From the NCBI RefSeq assembly GCF_963538455.1, contig NZ_CAUTHR010000011.1: 64,000 nucleotides of DNA, one strand, 5' to 3'. Below the pieces are notes generated by a model, which was not told the origin of the DNA, did not search any database, and saw only the letters and a program-made list of their open reading frames with translations. The position numbers were made by a program, and so were the translations under genes. Positions 9,603 to 18,256 of this stretch are shown one piece after another. The stretch comes from Rothia mucilaginosa. GTDB taxonomy: Bacteria > Actinomycetota > Actinomycetes > Actinomycetales > Micrococcaceae. Each line of letters starts with the position of its first letter. Positions within the stretch are counted from its first letter, which is position 1.

Positions 9603-10673
9603 CTATGCCGCAACCTCGGGGTTACGGGAGATAACAACCTTCACCACGTTGTGCTCCGCAGCGTGGGTGAACAGGTCGTATGCTTCCTCGAACTGGTCGA
9701 AGGTGAAGTAGTGGGTTGCCATGGCCTTAGCGTTCAGGCGACCCGAGCGGACCATGTTCAGCAGGTTACCGACGGTGTTGCAGTTGACCAGACCCATGTT
9801 GATGCGAACGTTAGAGATCCACATGGTGTTCAGGGGCAGCTCAACGGGCTTGCCGTGCACGCCAGCGTTAGCGATGTTGCCGTAGGGGCGAACAATCTTG
9901 GTGCAGGTCTCGAAGGTCTGCGGAACACCCACAGCCTCGATGGCCACGTCCACGCCCAGGCCGTCGGGGGAGAGAGCCTTAATCTTCTCGATGAAGTCCG
10001 GATCGCCCGCGTTGACCTTGTCGGTTGCGCCCAGCTCCAGTGCCTTGTTCATGCGGTTCTCGTCGAAGTCGACGGTGATGACGCGGCCAGCACCGCAGAG
10101 GTTAGCGGTCATAATCGCGCCCAGACCCACGGGGCCCGCACCCACGACAGCGACGGTGTCGCCGGGCTTAGTGTTGCCGTTCAGAATACCGATTTCGAAG
10201 CCGGTGGGCAGTGCGTCGGTGAGGAAGAGGACGTCCTCATCGGTCAGGCCCTCCGGAACCAGGTGAACCGAGGTCTCTGCGTAGGGAACACGCACGTACT
10301 CCGCCTGGGTGCCGTCAATCATGTAACCGAAAATCCAGCCGACACCACCAACGGTCTGGCAGTGCGAAGGCTGGTTCGCCTTACAGTAGGAGCACTTACC
10401 GCAGCTGGTCACGGCGGGGATGATAATGCGGTCGCCGACCTTCAGGTCAGTCACCGCGGAGCCAACCTCGGTAATGGTACCGACAGCCTCGTGGCCGAGG
10501 ATGCGTCCGTGGTCCACCTCGGGGCAGTCGCCCTTCAGGATGTGCAGGTCAGTACCGCAAATGGTGGTGGTGTCGACGCGGGCGATAACGTCCGTGGGCT
10601 CAAGAATGGTGGGGTTCGGGACTTCCTCCCAGGCGCCCTTCTGATCGGGACCGTGGTACACATATGCCTTCAT
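9603..10673 (-). CDS. Zinc-dependent alcohol dehydrogenase (MDR family)
   Basis: ICGTDLH, GHEAVG, CGKCSYC..C Zn ligands, GAGPVG; start at MKAYVY (ATG 10673, GAAGGA RBS). Confidence 0.95.
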   Translation of the reverse strand: MKAYVYHGPDQKGAWEEVPNPTILEPTDVIARVDTTTICGTDLHILKGDCPEVDHGRILGHEAVGTITEVGSAVTDLKVGDRIIIPAVTSCGKCSYCKANQPSHCQTVGGVGWIFGYMIDGTQAEYVRVPYAETSVHLVPEGLTDEDVLFLTDALPTGFEIGILNGNTKPGDTVAVVGAGPVGLGAIMTANLCGAGRVITVDFDENRMNKALELGATDKVNAGDPDFIEKIKALSPDGLGVDVAIEAVGVPQTFETCTKIVRPYGNIANAGVHGKPVELPLNTMWISNVRINMGLVNCNTVGNLLNMVRSGRLNAKAMATHYFTFDQFEEAYDLFTHAAEHNVVKVVISRNPEVAA

Positions 10674-10870
10674 GGTGACTCCTTCATTGAAGCTCTGATG
10701 AGGGTGCAGTGACTGCTTTATCACTACATGTATCAACCCATAAGAAATATTTGATAGGTTGTATTTTCATTAAACCCGACGTGTTGAATTAAGCGCTTTT
10801 ATTACGCGGAGTGTATCTTTTAGTTCTTTAAACATGAACATGGTTCATTTTGGGTGTTTAAGACCTGTAA

Positions 10871-10918
10871 AAAACGCACGAGGCGCACCCCCAAAACAGG
10901 GATGCGCCTCGTGCGTTT
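10871..10918 (-). terminator. Terminator of ABC uptake operon
   Basis: AAACGCACGAGGCGCA...TGCGCCTCGTGCGTTT with a T-run on the minus strand. Confidence 0.7.
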
Positions 10919-10970
10919 ACTTGTGTATTTACTCGTTCGTTTAGCCGAGAAAAATTGGGTTGAGCTGGGC

Positions 10971-11825
10971 TTAATTCTTCAGCTGGGCACGCGCTCGCGA
11001 ACGAACCGCCGTCACCGCCCACACCAGCACAAAAGCCGCCACCATCGACAGCACAATCGTGCCACCGGTCGGCAGATTAAACGCCCACGACAGGTACAGG
11101 CCAACAATCGAACAGATACCGCCAAACACCGGCGAGAACACCATCATCGACCCCAGTCGGCGGCACGCCAACCGGGCAGCCGACGCCGGAATCACCAGAA
11201 GCGCCAACACCAGTACATTACCGAGTGTCTGCAGACCCAGAACCACAGAAATGGTCACCAGAACGTACAGCACAATATCCAGGGCAAGCACCGGCAGACC
11301 CATCGCGCGGGCACTCTCACGGTCCAGGCTGACCGTCACAATCTGGCGGTGGAACAGCCACAACACCAGCAGAATAACGGCACCCATGATCGCGGCCTGG
11401 GTAATGTCCTCATTCGAAACGCCCACAATCGAGCCGAACAAGAAATCCTGCACCGACCCCGAATAGCCCGGCGCCAATGAAATAATCACAATACCCAACG
11501 CAAAGGATGCCGCGAAGAAAATACCGATCACGGAATCCTCGCGTAGCCGCTGATTCTGGCTAAAAATAGCCACCAGAATAGCCGTCACCACGCCCGCGGT
11601 CAGACCGCCCATCACCAGGTTGCCGCCCAGCACGAATGCCACCGCAAGACCCGGGAACACCGAGTGCGCCACCGCATCGCCAATGAAGACCATGCCGCGC
11701 ATCAGCACGTGGCAGCCCACTACACCGGTAACCACCGACGCGAGCAGCACAGCCGCCAGGGCGCGCGGAAGGAACGCTAGAGACGGGTTGAACAGGTCGG
11801 CAAGAAAATCGATAGGAGTAATCAA
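10971..11825 (-). CDS. Anchored-repeat-type metal ABC transporter permease (ZnuB/MntB-like, TIGR03770 type)
   Basis: MRGMVFIGDAVAHSVFPG ABC-3 signature; operon context. Confidence 0.9.
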   Translation of the reverse strand: MITPIDFLADLFNPSLAFLPRALAAVLLASVVTGVVGCHVLMRGMVFIGDAVAHSVFPGLAVAFVLGGNLVMGGLTAGVVTAILVAIFSQNQRLREDSVIGIFFAASFALGIVIISLAPGYSGSVQDFLFGSIVGVSNEDITQAAIMGAVILLVLWLFHRQIVTVSLDRESARAMGLPVLALDIVLYVLVTISVVLGLQTLGNVLVLALLVIPASAARLACRRLGSMMVFSPVFGGICSIVGLYLSWAFNLPTGGTIVLSMVAAFVLVWAVTAVRSRARAQLKN

Positions 11826-12703
11826 CGGGCACCCCCGGTAGAAGTAGAAGTATCAGCGGGGGAGAGGGAAGAGCCAGAAGCACAGGAATCAGTCAACTCG
11901 TGGCCGTACTCATCCAACGCACCACCGGCACAGGTGAAGCCCGTGCGGGCGTGGCCCTGCGCCTCCTCAATATCGTGACCGTGCAACCACGTATGCAACT
12001 GCTCCAAGCTAAAGGAGTCCGCCGGACCATCCAGGTGAATATTGCCGCGCACACCGCACAGACGCGAGCAGGACTCACGCGCCGCCAGCATGTCGTGCGT
12101 AGACATCAGGATCGTGATGCCCTCCGACGCCAACTCACGGTACAGGCGAGTCAGAGTGGTCTGAGTCGGCGCATCCACGCCCGTAAACGGCTCATCCAAT
12201 AGCAGCAGGGAGGGGTTCGCCGCCAAAGCGCGTGCCAAAAGAACCCTCTGACGCTGACCGCCGGAAAGCTCCGCAATGGAAGCGTCCTGCAGGTGCAGAA
12301 CATCGGTGCGTTCCATCGCCGAAAACACCTGCACCCAATCCTTCTTCGCCGGGCGGCGGAAGAACCCAATCTCACGCACGCGACCGGTCATCACCGTATC
12401 CTTGACGGTCAGCGGAAAATCCCACTGGAACTGGTGCTTCTGCGGCACATAACCAATATGCGCACGTGCCACACGCGGCGACTCACCCAACACCCGAACC
12501 TGACCGGACGCCGGGCGAATCAGACCTAAAATAGTGCGCAGCAGCGTGGTCTTACCGGCACCATTAGCACCAATCAGACCCGCAAACTCGCCGCGCTCCA
12601 GGGTCAGGGACAGATCCTTGAGGATGGAACGGCGCGCGTAGCCGGCGTACAGGTTTGAAATCTCAAGAACGGGCTCGGTACCCGCTGTTACCGACGCGCT
12701 CAC
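11822..12703 (-). CDS. Anchored-repeat-type ABC transporter ATPase (TIGR03771 type)
   Basis: GANGAGKTT, LSGGQRQR, LLLDEPF; His/Cys-containing tail; 4-nt overlaps with neighbours. Confidence 0.92.
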   Translation of the reverse strand: MSASVTAGTEPVLEISNLYAGYARRSILKDLSLTLERGEFAGLIGANGAGKTTLLRTILGLIRPASGQVRVLGESPRVARAHIGYVPQKHQFQWDFPLTVKDTVMTGRVREIGFFRRPAKKDWVQVFSAMERTDVLHLQDASIAELSGGQRQRVLLARALAANPSLLLLDEPFTGVDAPTQTTLTRLYRELASEGITILMSTHDMLAARESCSRLCGVRGNIHLDGPADSFSLEQLHTWLHGHDIEEAQGHARTGFTCAGGALDEYGHELTDSCASGSSLSPADTSTSTGGAR

Positions 12704-13788
12704 GAACGGTCACCGCGCACTTCATCCAGCGCCTCACGCTGCGCGGAGGAGCGGCGGCGGAACGAAAGGAAGGCGCCTACCGCAATGACAGCTAGAACGC
12801 CGATAACAATAGAAGTCGAAATCGTGAACTCAGCACGGAAACCACCCTTGTCGCTCGCAGCGGCGGCAGAAGAAGAACCGGATGCCTGAGTTTCGGCGGC
12901 CTGAGAAGCAGAGCCAGACGAAGCATCGGAGGAAGAAGCCGAACCCGAGGACGCCGTACCGCGAGCCTGCGCCTCCATCGCGTACAGGGCATCGGCGCTC
13001 GCAGAATCGCCCACCGCAAACTTCAGGTAGCGGGTATCAGACACGGTCGAACCATCAGAGAGCTCAGCGCTCGCGGTGACCTTCAGCAGGTACTCGCCGG
13101 GGGCGGTGAACACCCAGTTCGCGTGGGTGTGAGTGTTCTTCTCCACCCACAGCTTCTGCGGCTCGCTCTTGGTCGAGGACCACAGCACCTGCGGCGCCGA
13201 GAAGTTACCGTTCTCCAGGTACAGGCTGAACGTGCCGGGGCCGCTCACCTGCTCCAGGGTCAGGTTCACGCCGCGGTTCAGCTTGGATACCAGCTGCGGA
13301 TCCTGAGTGTTCCAGCCCGGCCAGATCACACCCTTGGTTTCGGTCTGCGGAATCACGTACACCTTCGAGCCGGCGGGCGCACCCACGAAGGAGTAGCGCG
13401 GGTCGTTCGGCACCTCAAGGATCGCCTTATCGCTACCGCGGTAGATGACCTCGTCCAGGCTGCGCCAGACGGGGGTTTCACCGTGGTCATCGTGGAGCAT
13501 GAGCTCGAACTTGCCGTTGTTGAAACGAGGACCCATATCCACGTGGCCGGCGGAAATTTCGGTGCGGCCGGATGCGACCGGCTGCTCCGCCGACAGGGTC
13601 TGGGTGAGGGCGCGCTCGCCGCGGCTGAGGTTGCTGTCGCCCGGCTGTGCGGAGGCGCTCTCTGCGGTTGCCGGGGTGGTCTCCGCGTGTGCCACGCCCA
13701 GGGGTGCGAGCATCAGGCTGGCGCCCAGAGCCAGGGCGGGCAGGGCGCGGCTACGCGAGGGGCGGGAGGGGGTGGTTGAGTTCATCAT
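12700..13788 (-). CDS. Surface protein with one actinobacterial anchored-repeat domain (TIGR03769 type)
   Basis: Signal peptide, GHVD..YVIPQT..WPGWNT..NTHTHANWVFTAPGEY, C-terminal TM plus basic tail. Confidence 0.85.
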   Translation of the reverse strand: MMNSTTPSRPSRSRALPALALGASLMLAPLGVAHAETTPATAESASAQPGDSNLSRGERALTQTLSAEQPVASGRTEISAGHVDMGPRFNNGKFELMLHDDHGETPVWRSLDEVIYRGSDKAILEVPNDPRYSFVGAPAGSKVYVIPQTETKGVIWPGWNTQDPQLVSKLNRGVNLTLEQVSGPGTFSLYLENGNFSAPQVLWSSTKSEPQKLWVEKNTHTHANWVFTAPGEYLLKVTASAELSDGSTVSDTRYLKFAVGDSASADALYAMEAQARGTASSGSASSSDASSGSASQAAETQASGSSSAAAASDKGGFRAEFTISTSIVIGVLAVIAVGAFLSFRRRSSAQREALDEVRGDRS

Positions 13789-13882
13789 GAGGACTTCCTT
13801 GGATCATGACCGAAACGGTGTGTGAAAGATTGTCTATATGCTGATATGGCTATATGAGCTTGTGGGGAGCTTAAAAGCCGGG

Positions 13883-15634
13883 TTACGAGGTACTTGCCTC
13901 CGAGCAGCTAGCGCCCGAAGAATCGCCGCCGGAACTGTTCCCCGAGCACAGCGCAATCGTGTGAGCATTCGCCAGCATCATCTGCGCGTAGTGGGGGGCC
14001 TGCGCATCCAGAGTATCCGAATAGAGCACCCCGGTACGCACCCGCGCCTCCCGAGCCAGCTCCGTGAGAACCGGTGAACGCATCGCCGTGGACTTATCCA
14101 GATAAATCGCTGGAACCTTCAAATCCTCGACCGTTCGACGCAAACGCTGACGCTGCTGAATACTCGGCTCGCCGCTGGCGCTGGCACTCACAAAACCGGC
14201 AATATGCAGCCCGTAGGTGCTCGCCAGGTAGCGGTAGCCGTCGTGCGTGGTGACCAGGTTGCGTGCCGACTCCGGCAGGGCTCCGTACACCTGACGCAGC
14301 TGAGTATCCAGGGCATCAAGCTCCTTCATCACCTGCTCGGTGCGGGTCGCGTACTCGCTCGCACCCGTCGGATCAGCGGAGGTGAGCGCGTCGCGAATGA
14401 CCTGCACGCTCGCCTTCGCGTTCGGCACCGAATGCCAAATGTGCGGGTCGATTTCGCCGTGCACGTGCTTGCCCAGAACGGCCTGCGCTAGCAGGTACAC
14501 CTGGCCGCGATGCTCCGAAGCACCCGACCGCAGGAAACGGTAGCTGCCGCCAGCGGGCACCTCCTGCAGGGTGCGGGAGGGGACCGCGACCACGGTGCGG
14601 TTCAGTTCGTACTCGACGGCGCCCTGGGAGGAATCCGCGCGAAGTACGAGCCTGCCGTCGCCGGTGCGTGCCGTAATATCGGCGTGACCTGCGGAAAGAA
14701 CCTTGATGTCCGAGGCGGAAACGTTCTGTTCCTTCGCCAGGCGGTCCACCAGCTCCTGCGGGTCACGACCGACCGCGCAGTACAGGGTACCGCGCGAAGA
14801 ACGCACCGACTCCGGCGCATTGACCGCGGTGGCGCTCAGCTCAATCGCGTACTCGCCGGCATCACTAAACGCCCATGACAGGTGCGTATGCGCCTGCAAC
14901 GGAAGCTCCAGCGAACCCATATCGCCGGTACGGATCGCGGTGTCCCCCTCACGGGTGAGGTTCACGCCGCGCGCATGCGAATCGCACAGCATCTCGACCG
15001 CGCCGAAGGTCTGCGTAATGAATGCCGCCAGCTGCGCATTTGACGAATCCGTAGAGGTGCGCGCCCGCACGCTCTGCACCTCAAAGCGCATGCCTGCATC
15101 CGAAGAGTCGGTGGGGGCAGACTCGTTCTGCCCGCCCTCTTCAACACGCAAACCCAGCCAGATGGAGTCCAGGGAGGCATCCTCAACAATGGCTTCCAGC
15201 TTGCCGCCGTACTGCTCAATCTTCTCCGCAACCGCCACGGACACAACCCCGGCGGGTAGGTTCGCCTCAACCATTTTGCTGAGCTTACGCTGCTCCAGCA
15301 GCAGACCGTTCGTCAGGGCGCAGCGAGCGTAGGCGACATCGCGGATATCGCGCAGGCTCGGCTCATACGAGTGCGGGTCAGCACCGGCAGGCACCAGAGA
15401 GTGCACGCTGGCGCGCTCCCCGGCAATCTGCTGCGCCAAATCCGCCAGAATCGGGGTCGTGGCGACCACACGCATCCGGTCGGAGGAAGCGTTCACGGTG
15501 CTGGCGCATCCGCTCAGTGCGAAGGCACCAGCCCCCACCCCCGCACCCACCGCGATACGGGAGGCGAGGGTGAGGGCGGTACGCCGACTATATGCTTGCG
15601 CGCGGTTGCCGGTATGCCCGCTATGCGGTGTCAC
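13883..15634 (-). CDS. Metal-binding ABC substrate lipoprotein (ZnuA-like with inserted anchored repeat, TIGR03772 type)
   Basis: SRR Tat-like signal and LSGC lipobox, DPHSYEP, DPHIW, TTHDGY, inserted HTHLSWAF repeat. Confidence 0.9.
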   Translation of the reverse strand: MTPHSGHTGNRAQAYSRRTALTLASRIAVGAGVGAGAFALSGCASTVNASSDRMRVVATTPILADLAQQIAGERASVHSLVPAGADPHSYEPSLRDIRDVAYARCALTNGLLLEQRKLSKMVEANLPAGVVSVAVAEKIEQYGGKLEAIVEDASLDSIWLGLRVEEGGQNESAPTDSSDAGMRFEVQSVRARTSTDSSNAQLAAFITQTFGAVEMLCDSHARGVNLTREGDTAIRTGDMGSLELPLQAHTHLSWAFSDAGEYAIELSATAVNAPESVRSSRGTLYCAVGRDPQELVDRLAKEQNVSASDIKVLSAGHADITARTGDGRLVLRADSSQGAVEYELNRTVVAVPSRTLQEVPAGGSYRFLRSGASEHRGQVYLLAQAVLGKHVHGEIDPHIWHSVPNAKASVQVIRDALTSADPTGASEYATRTEQVMKELDALDTQLRQVYGALPESARNLVTTHDGYRYLASTYGLHIAGFVSASASGEPSIQQRQRLRRTVEDLKVPAIYLDKSTAMRSPVLTELAREARVRTGVLYSDTLDAQAPHYAQMMLANAHTIALCSGNSSGGDSSGASCSEASTS

Positions 15635-17957
15635 CGCTGCGGACCTTTCGGCGTGCCGAACGCAGAATCATGGCACCGAGAGCCAGCGCCAGAATGGAGG
15701 TGCTGACCATAAACGGGTCGATGACCACACCGGTGTTCGGCAGCTTACCTGCCGCGGCTGCCTTCTGGGCGTTGGCGAGTTCCTGGCTGGTCAGGGCGCA
15801 ATCCTCACCGGAGGCGGTCTTGCCGACGATGCGCACCTTGGATCCGTCGGGCTTGGTGACGATGCCGGTGGCTTCGTCTACGGTGCCGTTGACGGGGTTC
15901 TTTGCGGTGCTCTTCTCGCCGCCGGTGGTGCCGTTAGCGCCGTTAGCGTTGTTGCCGCCGTCCTGCTTGGTGCCCGCCGCGCCCTGCGCGTTGTTGCTTG
16001 CCGGGGCGTTATCGGGGTTGCCGACGGTGAAGTGCAGAACCGATTCGCTGCTGACCTGCTGGCCGTTCTTCAGGCGTGCCGTCCAGCCGATAGTCACGGT
16101 GTAGCGACCCTCGGCGGTGAACACCCAGTTGCTGTGCTGGTGGGTGTTCGCGGGCACCTGGAAGGAGCCGCCGCTACGCGAATCGAAGACCTTCTGACCG
16201 GCGGAACCGAAGTTACCGGAGAGGAAGGTGGACATGGTGCCGGGACCCTCAAAACCGTTGAGGCTCATGGTGACGGGGCCGTCGAGCTGCTTGAGCAGTT
16301 CGGGATCCTGGGTGCTCCAGCCGAGCCAGGGCACGCCCTGCTGCTGGGTTGCACCAATCATGTGCACGGGGGTGCCCGCCGGGGCGATATTCTCCATGCC
16401 TGCGGGCAGGTTGAGCTTCGCGGCGTCATTGAGCACGAACTCGAGGGCGCCGGGGGAGACGTGGCGGGCGGGGCTGGTGCGGTCGTCCTTCACGCTACTG
16501 GTGAGGGTGCCGCCGTTGAGGATCGGGCCCACGTCAAAGTGGCCGTGGGTGACTTCTTCACGGCCGCTGTGCTCGGCGGTGTTGACCACGGCGAGGGTGG
16601 GGATGCTGGTCGGTGCCTGGGCTGCCTGGTTGCTCTGCTTGTTGTCCTTCTGAGCGTCCTTGGAATCCTTGGAGTTCTTGGCGTCTTCGGCGGGGACCTC
16701 GGTGGCGATGCACTGCTGGTTCAGGCTACCGGGCAGACCGGAAGACAGCACACCGCTACCGGTAATGCCGCCGCCGTTGCTGGGTGCGCTGACGTTCTGG
16801 GCGTTGGAGCCCTTCACGCTGCTGCGGGAGTTACCGTCCTTGCTTTCGCCCTTGTCGGAGCCGTTATTGGTGTTGTCGGTGCCGCTGATAGCGGTAACAC
16901 CGGATCCGCCCTGGGACGCCTGCTCACCATTCGCCGCTGCCTTCGCGCCGTTCGGGTCGGTCACCTGCGCGGCGTTCTGGCCGTTCACGGATCCATCCAC
17001 GCGGCGAATGCCGGTGGATGCGCTCGCCTCCGCAGATGCACTCGCCTCAGCACTTGCGGAGGCAGAAGCGGAAGCAGATGCGCTGGGGGTGCCGGTGGCA
17101 CTCTCGGTTGCGGTGGCGCTCGCCTCGGGGGTAGTGGTTGCCTCGCTCGTCGCCTCGCTTGCGCTCTCCTTCGCGGCGTTCTGCGCGTTCAGGAGCTTGA
17201 AGCCGTCCTCAGCGTTAGTGCCCACGGCGATGGTGTAGGTCGCCTCGGAGCTGACCGGGGTGCCGTCGGCAAGGGTTGCGGTGGCGCGGAACGTCAGCTG
17301 GTAGATGCCTGCGCGGGTGAATGCCCAGCTGAGGTGCTCGTGGCCGCCAGAGGTGATGGTGTGCGGTGCGAGCTGGTCGTTGGTGCTGAAGACACGCGGG
17401 TTGTCGCGACCGGATTCGGTGAAGACTTCGGCGCGGCCGCCTTCGGGTACGCTGCTGCGCACGAGTTCAAGTTTGATGGTGTTGTCCTTGAGTGCGCCGG
17501 GGCGGATTCCTTCCGCACCGAGGCCGGGGTAGAGCAGACCGCGGGTGCGGGTGGAGGGAATGTAGAAGATGTCGGTGCCTTCGGGGGCAATGTAGTCGTA
17601 GCCTGCTACGACTTTGGTGTGTGCATCCTCGACGTCGGGCAGGTGGAAGACGGTGCGGGCGGGGTTGAATCGTCCCTGCTGGCCGGGGGCGGTGTCTGCG
17701 AGGGTGCCGAGGGTGAATTGGTTGCCGTCGAGGAAGGCGTTGAGCATTTCGGTGTGTACGCCCGCGATGACGTAGTCACCTTCGTAGTTGACGTAGGCGC
17801 GCGACTCGGTGCCTGCCTGGGTGCCGGTCTGGTTTTCCTGCGCCTGTGCGGCGGTGAAGGTGCCGACCTGGGGGAGGGCGAGGGGCGCCCCGAGTGCGAG
17901 GGTGCATCCGAGGGTGGTTGCGCTGAGTAGGCTCAGGGGTTTGGTGCGTCCTTGCAT
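15621..17957 (-). CDS. LPNTG-anchored surface protein with two anchored-repeat domains
   Basis: Signal peptide; GHEHLSWAF and THQHSNWVF repeats; Ser/Ala-rich linker; LPNTG-TM-basic tail. Confidence 0.87.
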   Translation of the reverse strand: MQGRTKPLSLLSATTLGCTLALGAPLALPQVGTFTAAQAQENQTGTQAGTESRAYVNYEGDYVIAGVHTEMLNAFLDGNQFTLGTLADTAPGQQGRFNPARTVFHLPDVEDAHTKVVAGYDYIAPEGTDIFYIPSTRTRGLLYPGLGAEGIRPGALKDNTIKLELVRSSVPEGGRAEVFTESGRDNPRVFSTNDQLAPHTITSGGHEHLSWAFTRAGIYQLTFRATATLADGTPVSSEATYTIAVGTNAEDGFKLLNAQNAAKESASEATSEATTTPEASATATESATGTPSASASASASASAEASASAEASASTGIRRVDGSVNGQNAAQVTDPNGAKAAANGEQASQGGSGVTAISGTDNTNNGSDKGESKDGNSRSSVKGSNAQNVSAPSNGGGITGSGVLSSGLPGSLNQQCIATEVPAEDAKNSKDSKDAQKDNKQSNQAAQAPTSIPTLAVVNTAEHSGREEVTHGHFDVGPILNGGTLTSSVKDDRTSPARHVSPGALEFVLNDAAKLNLPAGMENIAPAGTPVHMIGATQQQGVPWLGWSTQDPELLKQLDGPVTMSLNGFEGPGTMSTFLSGNFGSAGQKVFDSRSGGSFQVPANTHQHSNWVFTAEGRYTVTIGWTARLKNGQQVSSESVLHFTVGNPDNAPASNNAQGAAGTKQDGGNNANGANGTTGGEKSTAKNPVNGTVDEATGIVTKPDGSKVRIVGKTASGEDCALTSQELANAQKAAAAGKLPNTGVVIDPFMVSTSILALALGAMILRSARRKVRSGDTA

Positions 17958-18199
17958 GGTGGCTCCTTGGATGACTGCTCGTTGGCAGGCACACTGCCCG
18001 ATGCTTTCGGGGTTTGCCCGGTGCGGGGCCCAGTACTGGGTCCGGTGTTAGATCCGGCGACCTGTTGCCGGTTTCTCCCTTGCGTCCGGGGTGTGCTCTG
18101 CCGTGTTTTTCTCTTTGTGGATGTGCGTGGTGTGCGTTTTTGGGCGCGCCTCTGCGCACACGTATTTCTGAGAATCACTATACTCACTTAGGTTCAAAA

Positions 18200-18256
18200 T
18201 GACAATTATTTGCAAAAGAGCTACCCTAGAGGATAGAAAAATGAGAAAGGTTGTCA
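18200..18256. promoter_or_regulatory. Two Zur/Fur-family-like boxes
   Basis: TGACAATTATTTGCA (18200-18214) and TGAGAAAGGTTGTCA (18242-18256) resemble TGAnAAnnnTTnTCA, between divergent metal-uptake genes. Confidence 0.6.
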